DNA of 64,000 nucleotides from assembly GCA_963783305.1 (NCBI GenBank), contig CAWAMW010000007.1:64001-128000 (forward strand), in the 5' to 3' direction. Position numbers and translations under genes: made by a program. Positions 29,453 through 38,954 of the stretch are shown here, in pieces. The notes beneath the pieces were generated by a model. That model was not told the origin of the DNA. It did not search any database and worked only from the letters and a program-made list of their open reading frames with translations. The stretch comes from an uncultured Gemmatimonadales bacterium (GTDB taxonomy: Bacteria > Gemmatimonadota > Gemmatimonadetes > Longimicrobiales > RSA9). How positions within the stretch are numbered: position 1 is the first letter of the stretch; every line of letters begins with the position of its first letter.

Positions 29453-29470
29453 GTGTCCGATTCCGAACAC
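29453..29470. promoter_or_regulatory. Upstream activator site palindrome GTGTCCG-N4-CGAACAC
   Basis: Near-perfect palindrome about 90 bp upstream of the sigma54 promoter. Confidence 0.6.
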
Positions 29471-29646
29471 TTGGCGGCGCGCCGCCGGGGATGGATCCAG
29501 CACCGCGCTGTGGCGCCGGCTCCGCCGGGCGACCCCGCGGCCAGCGTCAGGACCGCCAGGCCGCCGACCGATGTCGCTCGGCACTTGCACGGGTGGAGAG
29601 GGGTAGGGTAGATAGCGAAAGGGCGAATCCAACAGCGGAGGCGATC

Positions 29647-30198
29647 ATGATGAATCGGAGAGCCAGGCGCGGAGCGTCGGTCGGGAGCGGGATCCGGGTG
29701 CGACTCGGCCGGGGGCGGGTGCTGGCGGCGTCCGGTGTGCTCGGTGTCGCAATCGTGGCGGCCGTGGGGGGTGCATGGTCCACGTCCGGCCCCTCGGCGG
29801 CGGTCGTGGCCTCCCCGCAGGACCCGGCGGAAGCGGTGATGGTGGCTGCGGGCCAGTGGGCCCTCGAGCGGGTGGCGGGCGGCGAGACGCGCCTGGACCC
29901 CCATCGTTCGGGAGCGGGGAAGGATGCGGCGCGGGTGAGCAGCGTGGCGCGGTCGCTTGGGGCGGGGCTCGGCACGCTCGATGAGCTGCGTCAGTGCACG
30001 GACCCCCTGAATTCCGCGAGCTGCCGTCTCGGCGTGGATCGCCTGCTTGCCATCTCTGCACCGCAGGTGGACGGGGATGAGGCGCGAGTGAAGGTGTACG
30101 CTTGGTTCCGCTCGAGCTCGCCGCCCGTGGCGCAGCGGAGCTGGGATCTGGTGTTGCGCCGCGAAGGCGGGAGCTGGCGGGTAGTATCGGGAGGGTGA
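29647..30198 (+). CDS. Hypothetical exported protein
   Basis: GGAGG RBS, basic N-region plus hydrophobic segment, one Cys pair. Confidence 0.7.
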   Translation: MMNRRARRGASVGSGIRVRLGRGRVLAASGVLGVAIVAAVGGAWSTSGPSAAVVASPQDPAEAVMVAAGQWALERVAGGETRLDPHRSGAGKDAARVSSVARSLGAGLGTLDELRQCTDPLNSASCRLGVDRLLAISAPQVDGDEARVKVYAWFRSSSPPVAQRSWDLVLRREGGSWRVVSGG

Positions 30199-30293
30199 GG
30201 CGCACCGCCACACCGTGATCGCCGGATGGGAACGGGGAAGGGCGCCGACCCCGCTTCAGGCCGACGCCCCGTCCCCGTACTCGCCTGGCCCCA

Positions 30294-32378
30294 TCAGGCA
30301 GGCTGGAGCGGCATCTCCTCCGTCGGCTCCGGAGCCTCCCCAGTCTCCGCGGGCGGTACCCCCCGCAGGATCGGGAACAGCTTCACGATCACCAAGTATC
30401 CCATGATCTCCCCCGCCACCAGCCCGATCGTGACCGCCAGCTCGGGCAGCGCCGGTACGTACGACCACTCCGGCCCCGGGTTGAAGGCGAAGATATAGGT
30501 GGAGAAGCGGTAGAGCGCGCCCGCCAGGATCACCGCCGCGCCGATCCCCGCGAAGAACCGCGCCCCTGCCGTCTGCCGGAATCGGAGCAGGGCCAGCGCC
30601 GGGATCAGGAACAGCAGCATCTCCAGCTGGAAGAGCAGGCTGTAGCCGTCGAAGGCGAACGCGGCCCCGAGCTGTCCGCGGTGGTAAATGTCCACCGTCC
30701 GCAGCACCACGTACGCCAGGAGGACGTAGGCGATGGGCCGCCCGAGCGCCCGCAGCATCGGCGTCTCCTGCGGTCGGCGGAACATCTTCGCCGACAGCGT
30801 CGCCTCCAGCGCCACCGCCGCGTACCCCATCCCCACCACGCTCACCAGGAAGAGGGCAGGGAGGAGGGGTGTGTGCCAGAGCGGGTGCAGCTTGTGTCCC
30901 GCGATCAGCATCAGGCTCCCCAACGACGACTGGTGCATCGTGGGAAGCAGCAGGCCGAGCGCGATGAAGTACGGCATCGCCTTCTCCAGCTTGGGCGACA
31001 CGAACAGCGCCAGATTCCTCAGCCCGCTCGCGTCGCTCTCGCGCCACTTCTCCAGGAACGCCGGGGACAGCTCGATCCACAGCACCATCGTGTACAGCAT
31101 GATGCAGAGCGCGATCTCAAGAAGGACCGAGTTGAAGTTCCAGTTCGGGAAGAAGAAGATGATCTTGTAGAAGTTCCAGAAGCGGCCCAGGTCGATGAGG
31201 ACGCTCAATCCACCCAGCGTGTAGCCCAACGCGCTCGTGACGATGGCCGCCCGCACCAGCGGATGGTACTTCCCGCGATTCAGCAGATAGACCAGCAGCG
31301 CCACCGCGTAGCCGCCGCACGCCAGCGCTGTCCCCGTCACCACGTCGAAGGCGATCCAGATCCCCATGGGATAGCCGTCGCTCAGGTTGGTCGCGGCCCC
31401 GAGCCCCGCGGTGAACCGCAGCCCGACCGACACCAGGCCGCCCATCGCCAGGACGAACAGGGCAGCAAACGGCCACGTGAACAGCACGCCGCCCACAGGC
31501 TCCGAGTGCTCCACCGCGTGATGCGCCGCCTCCTCCTCGTGCAGCTTCTTCGCGTTGCGGTTCACCACCGCGGCGAAAACGCCGAACAGCGCCAGCGGGG
31601 CGATGAAGCCCTTGTAGAGCGTATGCTGGATGTTCTCCGTCAGAGAGGGCGCCGCCGTTTCGCCCAGATCCGGCAGGCCCATCGCCTCGAACGGCAGCCC
31701 CGCCTGCGTCAGATACAGCATCTGCGTCCCGCCAATGTCGTGCTCGCCGTACACCTTGGGGTTGTAGCGCTCCGGGGCGCGACGGATCCGACGGTGCGCC
31801 TCCGCCAGAATCTCCTCCCGTGTGCCGTACGTGAGCGCGCCCTCCGGACACGCCTCCACGCACGCCGGCTGCAGCCCCGCGGCGCGCCGCTCCGGGCACA
31901 ACTCGCACTTGTGCAGCTCCGGCGCGGGCGTGTCCCATTCGAAACGAGGCACGTTGAACGGGCAGGCGATCTCGCAGTACCGGCACCCCACGCACAGGTC
32001 CCCGTCCCACGTCACCGCCCCATCCTCCCGCTTCTGCAGGGCGCCCAGCATGCACGCGCTCGCACACGCCGGGTCCACACAGTGCATGCACTGCTCCTTG
32101 CGCAGCACACGCTCCCCCCAGAAGTCGTACTTCCTGATCACCGTCAGCGACGTCGGGCTCAGCTCGTTCTGCGTACCGAATCGCTCACTGCCAAAGTTCG
32201 ACGCCGCGCACCCCCGCACGCACTCCTTGCATCCGACGCAGCGTGTTGAGTCATAGAGAATCGAAACGGCGTCGGGTGAAGCCGCCTTCGCCTCCCGGGC
32301 CATCGCCCGGGCAGGCAAGGCCGCTGTCGCTCCCGCCGCCGCCAGTGTCTGAAGTGCAGCTCTACGCGTGATGCCCAT
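30294..32378 (-). CDS. Fused HybA-like (Tat signal, 4x[4Fe-4S]) and HybB/NrfD-like membrane subunit
   Basis: ITRRAAL twin-arginine; 16 Cys in four ferredoxin motifs; GIWIAFDVVTGTALACGG, KYHPLVR, DLGR, LPTMHQSSLG. Confidence 0.88.
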   Translation of the reverse strand: MGITRRAALQTLAAAGATAALPARAMAREAKAASPDAVSILYDSTRCVGCKECVRGCAASNFGSERFGTQNELSPTSLTVIRKYDFWGERVLRKEQCMHCVDPACASACMLGALQKREDGAVTWDGDLCVGCRYCEIACPFNVPRFEWDTPAPELHKCELCPERRAAGLQPACVEACPEGALTYGTREEILAEAHRRIRRAPERYNPKVYGEHDIGGTQMLYLTQAGLPFEAMGLPDLGETAAPSLTENIQHTLYKGFIAPLALFGVFAAVVNRNAKKLHEEEAAHHAVEHSEPVGGVLFTWPFAALFVLAMGGLVSVGLRFTAGLGAATNLSDGYPMGIWIAFDVVTGTALACGGYAVALLVYLLNRGKYHPLVRAAIVTSALGYTLGGLSVLIDLGRFWNFYKIIFFFPNWNFNSVLLEIALCIMLYTMVLWIELSPAFLEKWRESDASGLRNLALFVSPKLEKAMPYFIALGLLLPTMHQSSLGSLMLIAGHKLHPLWHTPLLPALFLVSVVGMGYAAVALEATLSAKMFRRPQETPMLRALGRPIAYVLLAYVVLRTVDIYHRGQLGAAFAFDGYSLLFQLEMLLFLIPALALLRFRQTAGARFFAGIGAAVILAGALYRFSTYIFAFNPGPEWSYVPALPELAVTIGLVAGEIMGYLVIVKLFPILRGVPPAETGEAPEPTEEMPLQPA

Positions 32379-32531
32379 TGTGTCCCACCCCTTGCTCGTC
32401 ACCGACCGCGTTCGTCACGGCGGCCTGCGCCGCACGCCCACGGTCCTGCCGTTCCGGTTTCCGAGAACCGAGCTCTCGTCGCTCGGTCAGCCCCTTCCCG
32501 CGATCTCTCTCCTGATTCCGCTGTCCAGGGC

Positions 32532-32642
32532 TCAGGTGCCCGGGCGATGCCCGGTCTCATGGTGATGCTCATGCCGCCACGCCAGCAGGCGGTCCACTCC
32601 CAGCATCCCGAAGAGAATCAGTATGAAGACGAAGAATGCCAT
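32532..32642 (-). CDS. 36-aa membrane micro-protein with His-rich tail (not in ORF track)
   Basis: MAFFVFILILFGMLGVDRLLAWRHEHHHETGHRPGT; strong RBS GAGGAGGGA. Confidence 0.7.
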   Translation of the reverse strand: MAFFVFILILFGMLGVDRLLAWRHEHHHETGHRPGT

Positions 32643-32794
32643 GGTTCCCTCCTCAGTGGCCTCTCCGGTCCCGTTCCGGTCCGGCAGGTGACTGCCTCGT
32701 CTGGCGATCCCGCTGCCCGTCGAGGCCGGCCCGGAGAGGCCTTTACTGTGGTATCGGGGACTACGATCTGCCGGACCGGATACCCGATTGACTT

Positions 32795-32809
32795 TTACCT
32801 ACAACAATA
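32795..32809 (-). promoter_or_regulatory. Putative MarR operator / -10 region TATTGTTG-N4-TAA
   Basis: Same motif occurs at 33367-33381. Confidence 0.45.
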
Positions 32810-32968
32810 ATTAACCTGATCAATCAAAAAAGCAAGAGGGGGGTCTGTGGGGAGGGAAGAAGGCGTCTCCTGGACCGCTCCGGCGACGGAAGAAGCGGGG
32901 GCAGGGGGAGGGCGGGCCTGGAGGACCGGGAGTGGGAGAGCGGGGGGTGGGGGAGGGGGCGCCGACGC

Positions 32969-33008
32969 AAGAAAATGGGCCGGACCCCCTCCAGGGAGCC
33001 CGGCCCGT
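32969..33008 (-). terminator. Intrinsic terminator
   Basis: GGGCCGG...CCGGCCC stem followed by ATTTTCTT on the minus strand. Confidence 0.7.
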
Positions 33009-33028
33009 GTGCGTGTTCGGAGCGTCGT

Positions 33029-33247
33029 TCAGGCGCTCCGCGCCAGATCCATAGATTCCGTGCGGCCGATCGCCGCCTGCAGGTCATCCATCACCGCGTA
33101 AAGGCCCACCAGCGCGCCTTCCTCCTCGCAGGGGAGGACATCCAGCTCATACAGGGCCTCTGTGAGGGCGTGACACAACTCCTCCCTCATCACATCGCAG
33201 CACCGGCAGCGGCCCGTCGGTTTCGCAGGTCCTGACCGCCGTCGCAT
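33029..33247 (-). CDS. 72-aa Cys-rich small protein
   Basis: GGGAGG RBS, CRCC..C..C, own terminator downstream. Confidence 0.6.
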   Translation of the reverse strand: MRRRSGPAKPTGRCRCCDVMREELCHALTEALYELDVLPCEEEGALVGLYAVMDDLQAAIGRTESMDLARSA

Positions 33248-33366
33248 CGTCGCCTCCCGTCGTGGGATTACTCCGTGCACGACCGGGCCCATAAACCCGG
33301 CCTTAGTCAATATTAAACCCCCGTTACAGAATCGCAAGTTTGGAAGAACAGGTATCGGGGGCTATA

Positions 33367-33381
33367 TATTGTTGCGGCTAA
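33367..33381 (+). promoter_or_regulatory. Putative MarR operator / -10 region TATTGTTG-N4-TAA
   Basis: AT-rich island upstream of marR; matches 32795-32809. Confidence 0.45.
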
Positions 33382-33438
33382 GTATTGTCCGTCGGCCGCC
33401 CCCCGGGGCCGGCGAATTCCAGCGAACAGGTGGAGCGA

Positions 33439-34056
33439 ATGCGGGACGGAGAGCGGATCGGTCTGATCCAGCAGGTCATGGGAGCATCGCACGTCTTCTG
33501 CACGACGGTGAACGAGATGCTGGAGCGCTCGCTGGAGGAGGCGAGTGAGGATCGGCTCGTGCTGTCGCAGGTGAAGCTGCTCCTTCTGATCGGGCGGCCG
33601 CACCAGCGTTTCAAGGTAACGGACGTGGCGGATTTCCTTGGCGTGACGAATGCGGCGGCGAGCCGGTCGATCGATCGGCTGGTGCAGCGCGGGCTCGTTG
33701 ATCGGACGGTGTCGAAGGAGGACCGGAGAGCGGTGGACCTGACGTTGACGGAGGAGAGCGAGGCGCTGCTGGATCGGTTCGAGGAGGTGCGGAATCGTGA
33801 GCTGCTCCGGGTGATGGGGGACTACCCGCCGGAGAAGATGCTTGAGGCGGTGTCGCTTCTGGACGAGCTGACGGTGCGTCTGGCGGAGCTGGAGACGGAG
33901 TCGGAGAAGCGGTGCCTGCGGTGCGGTGTCCATTTCCGGGACGGCTGTGTCATGCGTGACGTGCTGGACCGGGAGTGCGTGGTGGCGCGGGACATGTACG
34001 GTCCGCGGGAGGGGGGCGAGTCCGAAGAGGATACGCGGGTGGCGGAGGCCTCCTGA
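33439..34056 (+). CDS. MarR family regulator with C-terminal Cys4 motif
   Basis: ASRSIDRLVQRGLV..EDRRAVDLTLT; tail CLRC-x6-C-x9-C. Confidence 0.88.
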   Translation: MRDGERIGLIQQVMGASHVFCTTVNEMLERSLEEASEDRLVLSQVKLLLLIGRPHQRFKVTDVADFLGVTNAAASRSIDRLVQRGLVDRTVSKEDRRAVDLTLTEESEALLDRFEEVRNRELLRVMGDYPPEKMLEAVSLLDELTVRLAELETESEKRCLRCGVHFRDGCVMRDVLDRECVVARDMYGPREGGESEEDTRVAEAS

Positions 34057-35306
34057 GGCGGACTGTCGAAGGGGAGGCGGACGCACCCGCTCCCCCTGCG
34101 AGTCGCTGGGCGATCCTCGCGCTCCTGAGTGGGGCGGAGCTTCTGGGGATGTCGCTCTGGTTCACGGCGAGCGCGGTATCGCCGCAGCTCGGCGAGATGT
34201 GGGGCCTGAGCGCGGGCCAGGCCGGTTGGCTCACCACGGTGGTCCAGCTCGGGTTCGTCGCGGGCACCGCGGTGGCGGCCGTTCTGAACCTCGCTGACAT
34301 CCTCCCCGAGCGCCCGTATTTCGCGGCTTCCGCCGCGCTCGGCGCTCTCATGAACGCCGGGCTGATCGTCGCCACCGACTATCAGCACGCGCTCGTCCTC
34401 CGTTTCCTCACCGGCTTCTTCCTGGCCGGCGTGTATCCTCCCGCCATGAAGATGATTTCGACCTGGTTCCGGTCGTCGCGGGGACTGGCGATCGGAACGG
34501 TGGTGGGTGCGCTCACGGTAGGGAAGGCGGCGCCCTATCTCGTGAATGCGTTTGCCGAGGCGAGCATCGCCCTGGTGGTGGGGACGGCGTCGATCGGGGC
34601 GGTCGTGGCCGCGGCACTCGTCCTCGGTGGCTACCGGCCGGGCCCATTCGAGTTCCCGCGGCGGCCGTTCTCCTGGCGGCTGGTGGGGACCGTGCTGCGG
34701 CACGGGCCTACGCGGCTCGCCATTTACGGCTATCTGGGCCACCAGTGGGAGCTGTATGCCATGTGGACCCTCATTGCCCTCTTCTTCCACGACGCTTTTG
34801 CCGCCGCCGGACCGGCGGGGAGCCCGGCGGCGTTCGCGGGCGTCGCCGCGTTCGCGGTAATCGCCGCGGGTGGGGCCGGATCGGTGCTGGCCGGAGTCTG
34901 GGCGGATCGCCTGGGACGGGAGCGCGTCGCGATCTGGGCGATGGCCGTGAGCGGGGCGTGCTCCCTTGGTGTTGGCTGGCTGCTGGCGGCGCCGGTGTGG
35001 CTGCTGATCACGATCTGCCTCGTCTGGGGCTTCTCCATCGTGGCGGACTCGGCGCAGTTCAGCGCCATTGTGACCGAGGTGGCTCCGAACCACGCCGTGG
35101 GCACGGCCCTCACGCTGCAGACTTCACTCGGCTTCGCGCTGACCGCCGGGTCCATCTGGGTGGCGGTGGAGGTGTGGAGCCGCTGGGGGTGGGGGCCTGC
35201 GTTCAGCCTGCTGGCGATCGGACCGGCGTTCGGGATCGCGGCGATGATCCGGCTGAAACAGAGCCGTTCCGGTGCCGCTTCGAATCCTCGTACGATCCGT
35301 CGTTGA
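34053..35306 (+). CDS. MFS transporter
   Basis: About 12 TM; MSLWF, VQLGFVAG, YPPAMK, GHQWELYAMW, ADSAQFS; start uncertain (CTG 34053 proposed). Confidence 0.85.
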   Translation: MRRTVEGEADAPAPPASRWAILALLSGAELLGMSLWFTASAVSPQLGEMWGLSAGQAGWLTTVVQLGFVAGTAVAAVLNLADILPERPYFAASAALGALMNAGLIVATDYQHALVLRFLTGFFLAGVYPPAMKMISTWFRSSRGLAIGTVVGALTVGKAAPYLVNAFAEASIALVVGTASIGAVVAAALVLGGYRPGPFEFPRRPFSWRLVGTVLRHGPTRLAIYGYLGHQWELYAMWTLIALFFHDAFAAAGPAGSPAAFAGVAAFAVIAAGGAGSVLAGVWADRLGRERVAIWAMAVSGACSLGVGWLLAAPVWLLITICLVWGFSIVADSAQFSAIVTEVAPNHAVGTALTLQTSLGFALTAGSIWVAVEVWSRWGWGPAFSLLAIGPAFGIAAMIRLKQSRSGAASNPRTIRR

Positions 35307-35354
35307 CGAGCGTGCAATGCCTGCGGTCTGGGGTGCGGCCGAGGGCCCGAGTCG

Positions 35355-36578
35355 TCACGGGTCGAGTACGGTCTCGATCCGTACTCCCGCGCTCAGTGTT
35401 CGGTGCACGGGGCAGCGGTCGGCGATCTCCAGGAGCCGGGTTCGCTGCTCCTCGTCGAGCGGACCGACCAGGGTGATCTCCCGATCCAGGCGGTCCAGCC
35501 GGGCCTCGTCTGTCTCGCACCGCTCCTCGTCCTCGGCGTGGACCTTCGAGTGCTTCATCCGGACGACGGCCTCCTCGAGCGGCCACTCTTTCCGGTCCGC
35601 GTACATTCGAAGCGTCATGGTCGTGCAGGCGCCCAGCGCCGCGGCCAGCAGGTCGTACGGAGTGGGGCCCAGGTCCTCACCGCCCACGGTCTTCGGCTCA
35701 TCGGCGATCACGGAGTGGCCGCGGGCTAGAACCTCCGTCCGGAAGGCGCCCGCTGCGGTGCGCGCCACCACCCGGTTGTCCTTGCGGAGCTCTTCCACCG
35801 TTACCGGCGCGGGCGTATCCGGAAGGTATCTCCCGGCCCAGGCGGCGAGCACGGATCCCACGTAGAGGGAGTCGCCCTCCCGGAGCAGGAGGTGGTCGGC
35901 GTCGTCCAGCGAGACGAAGCTCTTGGGGTGCCGGGCTGCCTTGTAGATGAGCGCCGCGTTGTCGATGCCGACGGTGTCATCGACGGGCGAGTGGAAGATG
36001 AGGAGAGGTCGGCCGAGGGAGCCGATCACCTCTTCCATGTGACGGCCTTCCAGGTCGCGGACGAACTCGCGGCTCAGGGTGAAACGGCGGCCCGCCAGAG
36101 ACACGTCCGCCTTCCCGCGCTCCTCGATCTCATCGAGGGCGTCGACGAACAGGTTCTTCACGTGCGCCGGATCGAACGGCGCCCCGATGGTGGCGATGGC
36201 CCGCACCGACGGCATGCGCGCTGCGGCCTGGAGGACGGCGGCGCCGCCCAGCGAATGGCCCACCAGGATGGCTGGTGCCTCGTACCGTCGCTGCATGAAT
36301 TCGGCGGCCGCCACCAGGTCTTCGATGTTCGACGTGAAGTTGGTTTCGGAGAAGTCGCCGTCGCTCTCTCCCAGTCCGGTGAAGTCGAACCGCAAGACGG
36401 CGATCCCCCGCTGGGTCAGCGCCCGGCTGATGTTGACCACCGGCTTCAGATCCTTCGAGCAGGTGAAGCAGTGGGCGAACAGGGCGCACGCCCGGACGTC
36501 CCCATCCGGCGGGAGGCCGAGACGCGCGCTGAGGTCGACACCGTGAGCGCCGGGGAAGGTGATCCTCTCGTTTCTCAT
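35355..36578 (-). CDS. Bifunctional alpha/beta hydrolase-OsmC family protein
   Basis: AHCFTCSKD, GHSLGG, DDADHLL; GPTPYDLL..LGACT, CPVHRTL. Confidence 0.92.
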   Translation of the reverse strand: MRNERITFPGAHGVDLSARLGLPPDGDVRACALFAHCFTCSKDLKPVVNISRALTQRGIAVLRFDFTGLGESDGDFSETNFTSNIEDLVAAAEFMQRRYEAPAILVGHSLGGAAVLQAAARMPSVRAIATIGAPFDPAHVKNLFVDALDEIEERGKADVSLAGRRFTLSREFVRDLEGRHMEEVIGSLGRPLLIFHSPVDDTVGIDNAALIYKAARHPKSFVSLDDADHLLLREGDSLYVGSVLAAWAGRYLPDTPAPVTVEELRKDNRVVARTAAGAFRTEVLARGHSVIADEPKTVGGEDLGPTPYDLLAAALGACTTMTLRMYADRKEWPLEEAVVRMKHSKVHAEDEERCETDEARLDRLDREITLVGPLDEEQRTRLLEIADRCPVHRTLSAGVRIETVLDP

Positions 36579-36770
36579 GACTCGCCTCCGTGATCCTGAA
36601 GCCGCAAAAATAGACCCCTCACCGCCGTCTCCGGTCAACCTCGCAGGGCCCGTCGTATCACCGGTCACCGGGACCGCCGTCCGTCTCCTGCTCCGGGATC
36701 TTCTCGAACAGGCGGCGCCGGAGCGACGAGGGGCCCGGGAGCGCCCGGGCGACACTTCGATCCCGGGACC

Positions 36771-38669
36771 TCAGCCGGGGCGGGCGATCGGAAGCGTGAA
36801 GCGGAACGTGGCTCCGGCCCCCGGTTCACTCTCGACCTCGATCCGGCCCCCATGGGCCTCCACGATGGTCCGGGCGATCCAGAGACCCAGCCCGGCGCCG
36901 GAGCGCCGCCCGCCCTCCCCCTGCCAGTAGCGGTCGAAAACGTGCGGCAGATGAGCGGCGGAGATACCCGATCCGGTGTCCGCGACCCGGAACATGACCT
37001 CCCCGGTCAGCGCTTCGGCTTCCACGCGGATGGCGCCCCCGGCGGGCGTATGGGAGAGGGCGTTGGAGATTAGGTTGCTCAGGACCTGCTGGATACGCGC
37101 AGGGTCGGCCTGCACGGGGGTCTGGGGCGCACCCTCGTCCGCGAGCGCCACGGACTGAATGTCCGCCAGCGGCTTGAGTGCATCAATGGCCCTCCGGATC
37201 AGGGTGCGGGGCTCGCACGTCTTCGGGATGACCTTCAGACCATTTCGTCCTACGCGAGCGGCTTCCATCAGGTCCTCGACGAGCCGTTTCATCTGATCGA
37301 TCGCGCGATGCATGACGTCGACCTGCGTCCGCTTCTGCTCCGCGGTGATGTCCTCCAGCAGGAGCGAGCTGGCCATGGCCAGGATGCTGAGCGGGTTGCG
37401 CAGGTCATGGCTTACGACCGCCAACATGTGGTCGTGCTGTTGGAGAGCCAGGCGCGCCTCCTCGTACGCCTCCTCGAGCCGCCGCTGCGCCTCTTTCCGC
37501 TCCCGCAGGTCGATGCCGATCCCCACCCGCCGCTCGTCGGTGAGCTGGATGTTGGCCCAGCACGTCGCCACGAGGGACCCGTCCTTTGCCGTCATGTCGA
37601 GGTCGCGCCACCCCCCCTCCAGCGATTGCATGAACGAGCGGACCTCGGCCCGCTGCTCCGGGTCCGGGTAGCAGAGCTGCATCACGTCGTGCTCTCGGAG
37701 GTCGTCCTCGGTCCAGCCGAGGAGCCGCTCGAACTCGCGGTTCAAGCGGACGCTCTGAAGGGCCGGGTCGTACACCGAAACCATTACCGGGATGGCCTCG
37801 ATGAGCCGCTCCAGCAGCTCCCGTTCACGCCCCAGCAAACCCTCCGTACGCTCCTGCTCTCTGACCGCCGCGCTCAGCCGCCGGATCCGCGCGCTTCGCT
37901 CCGCTTCCGCTTCCGCCAGTTCCGCTCGTGCCTCGTCCAGGAATCGGGCGTGGGTGGCCGAGAGGTCCAGCTTCGACGCGAGCAGGTCGAACGTCGCTCC
38001 CACGGAACGGAGCGGTTGAGCCCGCGCAGCGATCTCCGCAGGGGCCGCGGGACGGGTGCCAGGCTCCGCGGCCAGGGCGAGCTCGATACCGCGGGCGAGC
38101 GACAGCGCCCATCCCCAGGCGTGGACGTGCGCGTGCTCGTTGGGCACGGACAGATCCAGGACGCCCGCGACCTCGCCATCGCCGCCATGGACAGGCACGC
38201 CGATGCACGTCCACTCCACGTAGCTGTCCTGGAAGTGCTCCGGGCCGATGAGGATCACCGCCTCCGCCTCCGCCAGGCACGTACCCACCCCGTTGCACCC
38301 AATGTGGCGCTCGTGCCAGGAAGCGCCCTCTACCAGATTGGTCCGTCGGAGCTCTTCCACGTCCAGCCCGGGGCCCGACAGCGCCCGCAGGATCACGCCC
38401 TCCCGGTCCGACAGCGCCACCACGTGCGCCTGATCGGCGAGCGCTTCATGGACCTGGGCCAGAAAGGGTTCGGCCGCCCGCATGAGGCCGCGGTTCCTGT
38501 TCTGCCCCCGTTGGAGACGGCCCTCGTCGATCTCCTGCGTATGGGTCTCCCGTGGATCGACCCCGTACGCCCGGGAGCGGGCCCAGGAGCGAAGCACAAG
38601 CGGCCGTACCGAGTCCGGAACGGCCTGTCCTGCGAGGTACGCTTCCCGCGCGGCCGCAAGGTCGGCCAT
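36771..38669 (-). CDS. Cytoplasmic histidine kinase with AcoR-type GAF and PAS
   Basis: [47 protein letters not shown]; start may be GTG 38708. Confidence 0.88.
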   Translation of the reverse strand: MADLAAAREAYLAGQAVPDSVRPLVLRSWARSRAYGVDPRETHTQEIDEGRLQRGQNRNRGLMRAAEPFLAQVHEALADQAHVVALSDREGVILRALSGPGLDVEELRRTNLVEGASWHERHIGCNGVGTCLAEAEAVILIGPEHFQDSYVEWTCIGVPVHGGDGEVAGVLDLSVPNEHAHVHAWGWALSLARGIELALAAEPGTRPAAPAEIAARAQPLRSVGATFDLLASKLDLSATHARFLDEARAELAEAEAERSARIRRLSAAVREQERTEGLLGRERELLERLIEAIPVMVSVYDPALQSVRLNREFERLLGWTEDDLREHDVMQLCYPDPEQRAEVRSFMQSLEGGWRDLDMTAKDGSLVATCWANIQLTDERRVGIGIDLRERKEAQRRLEEAYEEARLALQQHDHMLAVVSHDLRNPLSILAMASSLLLEDITAEQKRTQVDVMHRAIDQMKRLVEDLMEAARVGRNGLKVIPKTCEPRTLIRRAIDALKPLADIQSVALADEGAPQTPVQADPARIQQVLSNLISNALSHTPAGGAIRVEAEALTGEVMFRVADTGSGISAAHLPHVFDRYWQGEGGRRSGAGLGLWIARTIVEAHGGRIEVESEPGAGATFRFTLPIARPG

Positions 38670-38954
38670 CGGCCGGGTCGGGACGCGTTGGGTGGGATCT
38701 CCTGGCACGTGCGAACCGCCTGAAAACGCGTGGTCGAGACCACTGCTCGAGCGACGACTAAGGATAGCCAAGGTGTGCCCGGCTGCGTCCAACGGCAAGC
38801 AGTACGCTACCGACCGAGCCCTGCCGGCTTTCACCGCCACGACCCGCAGCCCGCCCCGGGTGATGTACGTTCTATGAACGCTTCACCACCCCCGGCTCGT
38901 ACAGGCGGAGCCGTGCGTGGGGGAGGCGTACCGGCATTGCCTATCGCGCGCCGG

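Noticed and set aside
30294..32378. Calling the locus a hydrogenase
   Set aside because: No NiFe large or small subunit and no maturation genes in the window
32813..32827. FNR-like box near the hybAB promoter
   Set aside because: Half-sites are separated by 2 bp rather than the required TTGAT-N4-ATCAA
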